From the human T2T-CHM13v2.0 reference genome, Homo sapiens: a DNA stretch of 64,000 bases. Made by a program: the position numbers and the translations under genes. The notes beneath the pieces are model-generated. The model ran no database searches. It was not told the DNA's origin and saw nothing but the letters and a program-made list of their open reading frames with translations. Of this stretch, positions 38,274 through 58,770 are shown piece after piece; position 1 is the stretch's first letter; every line of letters starts with the position of its first letter. The stretch is taken from assembly GCF_009914755.1 (NCBI RefSeq), contig NC_060947.1; one strand, 5' to 3'.

Positions 38274-39250
38274 GGGCTTAAGATGGTAGCTCTGGATTGG
38301 GGTGGCTAGTGACTGGGGAGGCACTGAGGAGGCGTGGGACCATGGTGGCAGCCAAGAAGTGGAGTCCAGAGAATGGAGAAGAGGAGGAATTGAAGGCAGA
38401 GATGTTGATTCCAGTAGAATTGTCAGGATTTTCTCAAAATGTGAAAATAGATGCAAGATTTGGAGAATTTACAACGAGAGGCCCATTCTGCAAGTGGACA
38501 GCTATCTCTTTGCTGGGGAGTACAAAGACACTCTTGGGACCTATGCTATATTTGAAGAAAATGTTGAAAATGTAGATGCAGAAGGCAATAATAAAACAGT
38601 GCTAAAATATAAATGCCATACAATGAAGAAGCTCAGCATGGTAACTCTTCTGACAGAAAAGAAGGAAGGAGAAGAAAATATAGGTGGGATGGAATGACTG
38701 ATAATCAGGAAAATGATTTCTCCTATAGACCCAAAATGATTTGTAGCCTTCTACATAAAAATGAAGATGAAGAAGTAGGTAGCTTCAACTCCAGATAAAC
38801 TTTTGGAGGTGGAAGAGCAAGAGATTAAAGTGGAAGAGCAAGAGATTCAAATGGAAGTTAGTTCAAACCTGAGTTATGGACAGGAGAAACCACTGCACTT
38901 GGAAATAGAGGTTTCTGGTTATGTTGCTGACATCTCTTCTAAAACAGAAGGTTCTGTTTTTATGGAAACTTAAAATGCTGCCTTACAAACCACTCCTAGA
39001 TAAAATGGTTCCCATAATAACTAGTCATGATATTTTTGAAGTTTTTATATAAAAATAATTGGCTTTGTAGCTTTCAATTGTTACTATTTTGTCATTTTTG
39101 TTGGCTAAACACACATTTCCAGTTATAGCACAACTTAATATACCAGAATCATTCAGGATCAGACATGAATTGAACTTTAAAAAATATAGTTTAAATGACT
39201 TTAGGGACCCTTCTTTGATAACTCCTTTAAATTTGAGGTTTTATTAAGGT
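38274..39250 (+). pseudogene. GTF3C6P: Processed pseudogene of GTF3C6 (TFIIIC 35-kDa subunit): 5'UTR, CDS ~38342-38986, 3'UTR
   Basis: Intronless. MVAAKKWSPENGEEEE...VELSG / SKCENRCK...ERPILQVDSYLFAGEYKDTLGTYAIFEENVE...KYKCHTMKKLSM...TEGSVFMET match GTF3C6. Frameshift near 38430 and stop at 38695-38697. The paralog number cannot be determined from sequence. Confidence 0.93.
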
Positions 39251-39255
39251 AAATG

Positions 39256-39864
39256 TGTATATTTTCTATTGTAAATGTTACAAATTACCACAAAGTCAGT
39301 ATCTTAAAACAGCACAAATATATTGTCTTAAAGTTTTATAGGTCAGAAATCTGACATGAGTCTCATCTGAGCTAAAATAAAAATATTGTCAGGACTGCTT
39401 TCCTTTTTGGAGGCTCTGGCGGTAGGGGTAGAAGGATGAATCCATTTTCTTGCTTATCAGTTGTTGGAAGAATTCAATTATTTGCAGTTGAAGGATCAAG
39501 GTCCCACTTCCTTGCTGTCTGTCAGCTGAGGGCCATTTCTAGTTTACAGAGGCGGTCCACATTTCTTGGCTCATGGCCCCCTTGTTTTCAGAGCCAGCAA
39601 TAGTAGGTCAAGTCCCTCTCACATTTTGAATCTTTCCTGTTGCTTCATCCATCATCCATCTCTCTGACCTACCCCTGTCTTCCACTTCCACTTTTAAAGG
39701 TCCATTTGATTACATTGGGCCTACTCAGATAATCTCCCTATTTTAAGATCTGTAACCTTAATTCCATCTACAAAGTCCCTTTGGCATTTAACTTAACATA
39801 CACAGGCATAAAACCAGGGATTAGGGCGTGGAAATATTGGGGTGCCATTTTTCAGTCTACCACA
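39256..39864 (-). mobile_element. MLT1 (MLT1E-like) LTR
   Basis: acaaattaccacaaa...ttaaaacagcacaaat ... cagtctaccaca. Confidence 0.8.
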
Positions 39865-40409
39865 ATAAGTATCTTATCTAGGAACAAAAAATAATTTTGA
39901 AGTGCTTAAGGATAAAGGTACAATTCCCAATATGTCCGTTGTGATTTCACTCCTTTCCCACTTAATGAAGATTATTGAAACTAAACTGTAATAGTTATTT
40001 TATTACGGCAGCAACCTAAATCTGTGCTAATTTGTATTTTTAAGTAAATTATTCACAAACTGTGATGCTTTGTAATAGATTAGGTTTATGAAATTTCCAA
40101 TATGCAATTGTTTCTGACTAAGAAAACCAGCGATTTCATACAGTTTAACCTAGAACTAATAAGTTAAAATGCATCTCATATCAATTACATCTCATAATTG
40201 ATGGCGATGTAAATGTTCTTGCAGGTTAGAGAACTAATGTTCTAGGATGATAATTTCTTATTTGAAAAGTTTTACTATTTAATTGGAAAATAACTTACCT
40301 TGATGAAAAGCACTTTCAAATCATAAGCACATGTATCTTCCCAGTTTTTATGACTTTTTTAGTCTCAGCTTTTTAATAAAAAGCTCATTTTTCCCACCAT
40401 GTGTATGCG

Positions 40410-40755
40410 TAGGAGAGATTTCTAATTGAAGGACCCAATATCTGTTCTTCCTTTATCTCTTTGTAACAGAATCTGTGAATTTATTCAGGTCAGCACTATA
40501 TACCCGACTTTTCTTGCAAGTACCTGTGACCATATGACTAAGTTCTGGCCACTGGCAGGGACTTAGAAGTGTTGAGTGATGCTTTTGGGAAGTTTTCTAC
40601 ACATTCTCTTTGTTCCTCATGGGACATGAATATGGTGGCTAGAGCTCTAGCAGGATTCTTGGGCTTTAAAGAAACCTTGGAAACAGAAGCCATGAGTGGC
40701 AGAGCAACAAGATAGAAGATTGGGTCCTGATACTGTGAGACAGCCCTGGACTGCT
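40410..40755 (+). mobile_element. MLT1J/I-like LTR, 5' part; 3' part at ~41683-41776
   Basis: tgtgaccatatgactaagttctggcc; ccctggactgc|ccatctctggccttcttttacatgagagagaaataaa. Confidence 0.65.
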
Positions 40756-40769
40756 ATTAGTAAAGGTAC

Positions 40770-41003
40770 GATAATGAGGTATGATTGATATGCAAAAACT
40801 GCACATATTTATCATATACAACTTCATGTGTTTAGACATACAAACACCAGTAATAACCTCACCATAATCAAGGTAATAGACATATCTAACACCTCCCAAA
40901 ATGTCCTCATGTACCTTTGTTTTTATTCTTTTTTATTTTTTGTTTGTCTTTTTTTGTGGTAAGAACATTTGACACGATATCTACCGTCTGAATACATTTA
41001 AGT
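40770..41003 (-). mobile_element. L1MA/MB 3'UTR fragment
   Basis: accataatcaaggtaatagacatatctaacacctcccaaaa. Confidence 0.65.
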
Positions 41004-41933
41004 TCTAGAAACCTGCCATGCAACATAATGTCTATATTAGCAATAAGATATTATGTACTGTATAAATTCTTCAAAGAGAATATCCAGACCAAAAGAGAAT
41101 ATCCAGACCCTTTCACTTTATCCCTGGTTAAAATGACCTTGAGTTTACCTTTCAGCACTATTTCTCTAGACTCCTGCTAGGCAAAATAATAATGAAATGT
41201 CAGCTGTGATACCAGGCAATATTGTTTATGATTGAAAATGACCCTTTCTTGGTAAACTGTATCTGGACCAGGAAGATTGTGACAAGTACTATAAATGCCT
41301 ATTGGAAAACACGGACTTTGGAATTCCGTAAATTCCTTAAATATGAAGTTGCTTATTGCAAAGATCCCTAGAAGCTAAACTCATTGGCTGTTTCAAGAGA
41401 TAGCTGTTCTCATACAGCATGAAGCTTCTAAACCAGGTGGTTTCTGCACCAACCCAGATGATCTGATTTACTTATACCTGAGCTGACGCTTGGAAAGGTG
41501 GAGTAAAGACTCCTGCTGAAACCACCTCAGGCTACCATGCTGTTGTGCTGTTTCTTGTTGGTATTCTGCAAAATTAAGTGAGCCTGGTGAAAAGTCGGGT
41601 TCCATAGGCTTATTAGGTCTTGTGAGCATGAACATCATTCCAAACCTGTAACTACTGCTGCTGTTCAGAGAAGGCATTGCCACTGCCCATCTCTGGCCTT
41701 CTTTTACATGAGAGAGAAATAAAGTTCTCTCCTGTTTAAATCACTTTGTAAGAGCACCACTTAATCCTAATTGATATGTATGTATTTTAGAAAATATCAA
41801 AAATGTAAAAAAATGTATAAAGTAGAAGATTCTTGAGATTTGTAATCTTGCAAAAGAAACTGATGTAGATTATAATGTAGTCCTTCTACCTTAAATTGAA
41901 GAGAAAAATAAAGTCTTAAATTCAGAAAAAAAG

Positions 41934-42140
41934 AGAAAGTCATAAGAAAGATAAATATATTTACTATTCATTAAGTGGAAGTGGATCGTCATAAAGGTCT
42001 TCATCCTCATCGTCTTCACCTTGAGTAGGCTGAGGAGGAGGCAGAAGAGAAAGGGTTGGTCTTGCTGGTCTCAGGGTGGTAGAGGTGGAAGAAAATTCAT
42101 GTATAAATGGACCTGCCCAGTTCAAGCCTATGTTATTCAA
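41934..42140 (-). mobile_element. Tigger2a (MER28), right part
   Basis: atatatttactattcattaagtggaagtggatc...ggacctgcccagttcaagcctatgttattcaa; joins 38273 seamlessly. Confidence 0.88.
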
Positions 42141-43359
42141 TTTTTCTCTTCCACCCACTGCTGTAAGATTCTTAAAAAGTAGACAAAATAAATGATATAA
42201 ATCTTTTTTGTAGACAATTAATGAGCAAAACATCAGATCTTTTGGTTCTAAAATGTTAGTTCTCTTAATAATTTGTTTTAAATATAAGTAGAAGGTTAAA
42301 TTCTCCACAAAGTAAAATTGGATATAATTAATTTTATAGGTTAATTCAACCTTAACTAATTTAAGTTTGAATGATTGGAAAGTCTTTAGTTTTTTGAGAT
42401 TCTTTTTTGAAAAGTGCCCTCATTTGAAATTATTTCTAAAGTTTTGTTTTAATTCCTCTGATCCTCTATTATAATATCTCTATATCTTTTGTCTTATATC
42501 CTCAGATTTTCTCAGCCAACCATTCCAAAATGATATATTTGAAAGCCATTATTAGTTTTCCTGCTTGATCACACGATTATTGCCATTATTAATTTCAGCA
42601 ATATAAAATTTAGCAGAAGAAATTGAGAACTAATCAAGAGGAAATGTTTCAGATTCTGGCACATTGAAAACCTTGAGTATATATTCATTTGGACATTACA
42701 GATTTAAGGTGTGCAACTTTCATTAATATTTGGTAATGCCTTTTCTTATATCCCAGGTATTGAAGTTGACACCCATAACACAGAGTGATCAAGCCGAGCA
42801 TCAAAAAGCATAAGACAATTTAATTTACACACCAAGAGTTTTACTGTGTTTACCAGGTAAATAATCAGGTTTGGTGTGTGACAAAGAGTTGGCAGTTGAA
42901 ACTTTTTTTATGTATTAACATGCAAAAATGTTATCTACTGTCCGAACTATTCCACAACATACCAAATATAATGGTAATCAGGCAGAACAACTAGTTTTAC
43001 CTATCTATATTCAATGCAACTTTGGTCAGAAATGTAATGGAAGCCAGAGGAATTATTTTAATGATGCTTGCCCAATGCCTTGAATTTCAATAACACCCTT
43101 TTTGTGAGAAGTGTAAGGCTCCATTTGTCTTTAAAGAATTCAAATATGTGCAGCATGGCGTGAGTCTTAAAGGACTTAGAAAATTTGGAATGTTAAAGAA
43201 GTGTTTATTGGAACATAGGAAAGCTAAATTCCAAGCCATGACCTCCTTTTTCATTTCCTTGTCCCTACTAGCACTACTGAGAAGCACAGCTGGCCCTACA
43301 TAGGAAGAAAAAAAAAATGTGACTTAGATGCTATGGACATTTTTTTAAAAGTGTCTCCA

Positions 43360-43878
43360 TCTTTATCTGCATTGGATATCACCCATATATCTTTTATATC
43401 CATGCTTCACCCTGCTGTATATTCTAGGGACTGAATTATGTGAATCATTTAAAAGTACCTCCATGTCCTCTGGCTTTGGATAGGTTTTGATTAATGGGGA
43501 GTGCTGGTAGGAAATCAGTAGGAGTGGGGATAATGAGGATAGCATATATATTCTCTTGGCCTTCTCCCTGCAGACTTCCTGGGCTGGCTATGTCCTTTGA
43601 CTAAATAAAGGTCATAGTTTCTATTAGGATACTGTCCCCACACAGATCCTATTCTTCCTCCTATTTCTATCATCCATTCCTTCCCTTTGCCCATTCAGTT
43701 CTAAGGAAGTAACCTACTCTGTCACTCTCAACCCCATGTTACTAACCCCAGATTCTTGTATTATTCATTGCGGTTTTGCTACTATATGCCTGCTACTTTG
43801 TAAATAGCCCATTTACTAAACTCTCTTCAAATAATTTAATTTGAGTTAATCAGCTGCTTTCTGCTATCACTCTGATAT
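43360..43878 (+). mobile_element. LTR33-like ERVL LTR
   Basis: gtcctctggctttggataggttttgattaatggggag; actaaactctcttcaaataatttaatttgag. Confidence 0.6.
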
Positions 43879-44129
43879 ATTGTCCTGTATTAATGTCTGA
43901 TACTCTGTCATGAGAGATTTATTCTTTTGGCTTTCATTTTATCACAAGAGTCATACTGTTAGAAACTTCAAATCCATTATCAACCATTTACATATCCATA
44001 TAAAACCTATTTTTTTCTGATTTAACAACTCACCATGTCTGGTGTCATTCAAGGAAGAGCTATAAAATAATTTATCAACAAATATTGACATAGAACATAT
44101 GTTATTCACTTTTATATTTTGTTATTGGA

Positions 44130-44355
44130 GACAGTATATTGTAGTGGTTAAAAGTCAGATCATCTGGATTTTAATCCTGGCTCTATTGCTTATTACTCAT
44201 GTAACTTTAGATAATTATCTTACCATCCTGAATTTTAGTTGCATTATCTGGGAAATAAGAGTAATAACAGTACTTATCTACTGGGGTTCCTATAATGAGT
44301 AAATAACTTATTTAACATAGTGCCTGGTAATTTCAATACATGATAACTATTATTA
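44130..44355 (+). mobile_element. MIR SINE
   Basis: cagtatattgtagtggttaaaag...atcctggctct...gtaataacagtactta. Confidence 0.75.
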
Positions 44356-44974
44356 ACACTTAGCATATTTATAGCATATTAATTTGTCTCTGAATCCATT
44401 CTTATATCCACCCATTCAATATATCTTCGTTCTTATCATGTATTGGGAACTGTATTTTGCCTTTATGCCTGAGATAAAATGTTGAAGTAAACCACAAAAG
44501 ATTTGTATCTACAGGTAACATAAGATCTAGATATAGAGGCAAAAATACATGGACAAAATAAATGGAATCACAAATTACAGTCACAAATAAATGTAAAACT
44601 GGGATAAACACTCTGCAGGAAAAGGGCCTAGTATCATACTATCAAATAATAGGGACATTCTATCTCTGAAGGAAAAGTGGAAGCCAACATTCAATAGTTA
44701 CTAGAGAGGTACTGACAATCCATATTTTGTATGGGGATAGATAATGATCTTTATGGATTTCTTCCAAATCTTTGGTTTAATCATGGTTTCATCACTAACT
44801 GACTATGTGTTCTGTTGCAAGACATTTACCTTTCTTGAGCTTTGGGTCTATCAACTGCAAAATAAGAGGCTGAATTAGTTGATCTACAAAAATAAAGTTC
44901 CAGCACTCTCTAAAATGACTTGATTTTACAAAAGTTAATAAGCAAGCCAGAGACAAAAGCCAATTGTAATAGCT

Positions 44975-45078
44975 TTATATTCTAATTATACAACTCTACT
45001 TCCTTTTATTCTCTAAATGTATTCTACTTCCTCTTTATATTCTAATCATGCAATCCTACTTCCTCTTATTCTCTAAAA
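44975..45078. repeat. Imperfect tandem duplication (~60-bp unit)
   Basis: tttatattctaat..at.caa..ctacttcct.ttattctctaaa occurs twice. Confidence 0.7.
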
Positions 45079-46004
45079 GTTAATTGCTATTAAATATTTC
45101 AAATTAAGAACAAAGTATAATAGAAACTGGAGTATGATAATCAGACATATTAAAACCAATTACTTTATTAATATAAATAAAATAGGTGGCAATTGTAGAT
45201 CAAACTTCGGGAGACTAAAGTTGTCTGCTTTGTGTGTTGCTTTTTTTTTTAGCAGCAATCATTCTAATCAACTAATTATTCCAAATTTCCATTTCACTTT
45301 TCTTATTTCAAATACTGTCATAACTATTATTATTGGTGTTACTATATCTATAGTTTTATTATTCCCAAAAATGAGTTGAGGAAACTAACAATAAAATGTA
45401 TCTTGGTTCAATATAATTTCTAAAATGAAAGAAAATACATGTAGTAAGTATGGAGGAAAGGGTAGCACAAGTTTCAAACAGTTCCTTAAGTGAATACAAT
45501 TACTGTGAGTAAACATTAAGCTTCAATGAATTTCTTTTTTTTTTAATTTAAAAACCATTTAATACACAAAGTGAAAAACTGTTAGAATATAAAAGCATTT
45601 CACATTTTTTAAGACAAATAATATCGTCTAAATTACTTAACAGATGATAGAGGTCCACAGTCCTTTATCTGAAACCCTTGGGGCAAGATGTTTCAGAATT
45701 ATGAAATTTTAGATTTTAGAAAAGTAATTTTGTGCATATACCATACTACATTAACCAGCCCTCACCAGAGTCTGTGGCACACAACAGAAAAATGTGAGCA
45801 GTTAGATAATATTCATTGTCTGATCAAAGGAAACACGGCTGCATTCTAGGAACAAATTTTCTCTCCTGGACTCAATTCTAAAAGGAATGAATGGCATAGC
45901 TTCTTAGACTGGGGACACTGAAAAACACCATATTATTTTTCTGTATTTCTAGCAAATAAATATGCCCAAACATTAGAAAACAGTGGAGCTATGGTGGGTG
46001 ATGA

Positions 46005-46170
46005 AAAGCAAGAAAATAGACATTATTGGGTACCCACTAGGTGTGCCGTACTATGTTTTTTATATTTATCATTATATTTTATCTTCACCAATTTCCTATG
46101 AGATAGATATTATTTCCACTTTAAATATGGGAATCCTGAGGCTTGCAGATACTAAGTGTCCATAGCCAGC
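46005..46170 (-). mobile_element. MIR fragment
   Basis: cctatgagatagatattatttccactttaaatatgggaatcctgaggct. Confidence 0.65.
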
Positions 46171-46391
46171 ATTACAGGTATTTACAATCTTTGGTGTGTT
46201 AAGCATCAGATTTGAAAGTGTTTATTCATATTGATTTCTAGAGATTACTGTTCATGGTGCTAGTTTCATGCTTCTTGCAGGTCTTAGACTTTATCAATTG
46301 GACTTGTGTTGCCTCAAAGCCACACTTGTGATACAAGAATATGGGAGAGGTTCTGTCCTAGGTTCCAGCTTCTCTAGTTGTACCATGCATC

Positions 46392-46988
46392 TGTAGGGGC
46401 CAAGGGAAAACTTCCCATGTGCCCTCTGAAACTTTACTGAAAAATCAACTGGCAAAAGGTAGTTTAATAGGAATAATTGCATACAAACTTATTAGCATGC
46501 ACAGGGGCAAATCACAGAGTGATTACCAAATATCCCCATGACGTATAGAGTTGTATATACCCTACTTCTTGGGGGAAAGGGAAATAGGAAAGTGTGGGTG
46601 ATTTTAGGTGGTAGTAAATGATTTCGGAGGAAATGTAATGGGCTTGAAGTACATACAGTGGCCTGGGACAAAGTCTGTTGAACCTGCAGAGCACACAACG
46701 GTTTGTCACAAAAGTCTCTCTGAGTGTGTTGACAGACTGTAGTCTTTCTTCCTGTGATATGAGTTCAGTTAATAAAAACTCAGAGAAGAACCAGAGATTA
46801 TTTTTTCTTTTGTGGCAGGTCCAGACATTAGGCAGATAAAGGAACTTCAGAGAACAAGGTCATCCTGTGCTTTGAGAGAGACAGAGTATTGGGGGATGGA
46901 GGGAAGGTCAGAAAGATCCTGAGGCTTTTTCTTCAGTTCAGCATGTCAAAGTGCCATATTTTGAGGTAACAGTTACCAAGCCTCAACA
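46392..46988 (-). mobile_element. ERV1 solo LTR (MER34/MER39-like)
   Basis: TG...CA ends (tgtaggggccaagggaaaacttccc...cctcaaca), 4-bp TSD CATC. Confidence 0.8.
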
Positions 46989-47830
46989 CATCCAACCCAT
47001 GTGAGTTGCTATGATCTCCTGAGGGTGTTGCCACCATTTTGTACATAGGTTTCATGGATACCTACTGAACCCCCATTCTGATTCTAGTCGCTGGGAATTT
47101 TTCTTCTTCTCCTCTATTTGACCTTATGTGTCACTTTTCTCTTTCAGCTGTCCCTCAGGAACAAGGAGATTATTTATTTTTTGTGTTTAGGCTTTTACAA
47201 AGGATTCTGCTTCCTACATTGCAAAAAATCTGGTCTCCTGATTGAAATGGAGTGGAGGAAAGCCCAAAATGTACATTTATCTCGAGAAATATCCTACAAT
47301 ACTAGTAAATTGCTGGTGAAAAGCCAGAAAGAAAACTTAGTTATATATATAAAAAAGTATGTATATTATACCAGTATTGCACAGAGCTTCAATGCATGGC
47401 CTCACAAGTTAAACAGAAATGGCTTTGAATTCTGGTTCTTCCACTTAATAAGTTTCTGACCTTGGGTAAGCTATCTACCCTTTCTGCACTTCTTCTTATC
47501 TTTTTTCCAAAATAGAGATATACATTGTTTGCATAACTAGATAATTTCTAGGATTAGAGATCAAAGACATAATGTGCTGAGGGCAAGGTCCAGTACATAG
47601 TGTTTGAGCATTAGAATATTCCAAAGTAACTTTTCGAATTAAAGTGCATGAGAGGTAAACCATACACAAAAATTAGTTCAAAATGAATCAAAGAGCTAAA
47701 CATAAGCACTAAAATCATAAAACTGTTAGAAGAAAACATAGGAAAAAAGCTTTATGACATCAGAGTTGGCAATGATTTATTATATATGGCACCAAAAACA
47801 TAGGCAACAAAAGAAAAAATAGATAAATTG

Positions 47831-48436
<606 letters not shown>

Positions 48437-50297
48437 GAATTGGACTTTATCAAAATTAAAAACTTTGGCACAACAAAGGACATTATCAAGAGAGTAAAAA
48501 TATGACCCACAGAATGAAAAAAATTGTAAATCAAATACCTGATAAAGGATTAATATTCAGAATATATAAGAAACTCCTAAAACTCAGCGGCAAAATAATG
48601 AATAGCCTAATTTTAAAATAGGCCAAATATTTGAATAAACATTTCTCCAACGAAGATATACATATGTCCAATAAACACATGAAAGATGCTTACCATCACT
48701 AGTCGCTAGGAAAATGCAAGTCAAAACCACACTGAAATATTAACTCATACTCATTATGGTGGCCACTATTTAAAAAGAGAAAATAACAAAATAACAAGTG
48801 TTGGTGAGAAGGTAAAGAAACTGGAACTTTATGCATTGCTGGTGGAAATGTAAAATAATACAGCCACTGTGGAAAACTATGGTGGTTCATCAGTTAAACA
48901 CAGAATAAGCATCTAATGCAACAATTTCACTTCTAGATATATAGCCAAAATACTTAAAACTGGGAAACCAAAGAGGTGTTTGTACAGTCATATTCATAGC
49001 ATCATTACTGATAATAGCCAAAAGGTAGAAACAACCCAAGTGTCCTTCAACTAATAAATGAACAAACAAAATGCAGGATATACAGACAATGGAATATTAT
49101 TTAGCACTAAAAGAGGATGAAGTTCTGACGCATGCTACAACATGAATTAATATTGATGCCATTGAGTTAAATGAAATAAGCCAGTCACAAAAATAAAGAT
49201 ATTTTATTATTCCACTTATATCTGGTACCTAGAAGCATCAAATTCATACAGACATAAAGTGGAATGGTTGTTTCCAGAGGCTAAGGAGAGAACGAAATGG
49301 GGAGTTATTGTTTAATGGTACAGAGATTCAGTTTTGGGAAGATGAAAACATTTTGAAGATGGATGGTGGTGATGATTGCACAACAATGTGAATGAATTTA
49401 ATGCCACAGAGCTGTACATTTACAAATGGTTGAAATTGTTAATGTTATATTATGCTCATTTAGTCACAGTAAAGAAAAATAGAGTGCTTAGTAACTCTCA
49501 AGAACCATAGACAGAAATATTGTCTCCACTAAGAGAACAGCAAGTTCAATTTAAAAGACAACTCAAGATGCATTAACAGTAACTGCAAAATGACCTGCAA
49601 AAATAACTCTAATACATGCTACAAATTCAAGTATGTGTTCATATGAGTTAAGGTTAGATTTATGATCAGTTAGGAAATTCCCATCTTACTTTTGTTGTCA
49701 CTTCTCAATTTCAGCCTTTTATTGTGACGGAGAACACATTTATTTCCTGGAATATTTTGGCCTTTAACTGTTCTTTCTGCTTATGTCATAGATCATCTGG
49801 TAAACCTGGGAATTATCGAATCTATACCTTATTTTTAACACATGTACATTTAAGATTAGCCTTAGGCAAGATTGTTAAGTAGGAAAGGTTTTCCTCTAAT
49901 CTACTTTTTAAAATTTTTTCCCTGTCAGCAGAGACCTAACTTACAACTGTTGAGCCAGGATATAGGATTTTCTTGATTACACTTCTCCTATCAATACAGA
50001 TTTACCTCCTGTCACATTTTAAAAAACAAAACACATGCAAGGATTCAAAGTAATTTAATTTTTGGTAATTGTTTCTAATATTTTCCATACTTGATATGGT
50101 TTGCATTTTGACATGAACTTACACTGTTTCGTCCCAAACAGATTATATGACAATTTCAAGAAAACTATGAGGGGTAAATGGAAGATAAACTTTTTGCTGT
50201 GCACTTCAAATTACATGAAGGCTGCTCTGTACTACATATCAATGTGAATCTGACATTATATAAAATACTGTTTGGTTTTTTTTCTCAGAAACTCTAT

Positions 50298-58577
<8,280 letters not shown>

Positions 58578-58727
58578 TGGAAGGATTTTTAAAAAAAGCT
58601 GTGGAAAGGCAGGAGTAAAAAATTAACCAGTTTTTTATTTTTTTGATATAGTTATTGATCACCCATCTGACATAGTTAATTCTGAGTATTTTTAATGGTT
58701 GCTCAAGAACTACCCCCTCCCTCAGTA

Positions 58728-58770
58728 TACACACACGCACACACACATACACACACACACACACAGACAC
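58728..58770. repeat. Interrupted (AC)n microsatellite
   Basis: AC run with substitutions. Confidence 0.9.

Noticed and set aside
38302-38697. 131-aa ORF containing much of the GTF3C6 conserved domain
   Set aside because: It starts at GTG in the wrong frame for the true N-terminus, arises from a frameshift and ends at a premature stop. It is a pseudogene fragment, not a retrogene on present evidence.
36103-39250. 5S rRNA pseudogene about 2 kb from a TFIIIC-subunit pseudogene, suggesting a Pol III module
   Set aside because: They are independent retrotransposition events with separate target sites and both are decayed; the proximity is most likely chance.
41964-42308. 114-aa ORF with acidic and proline-rich tail
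   Set aside because: It is mostly a translation of Tigger2a sequence.
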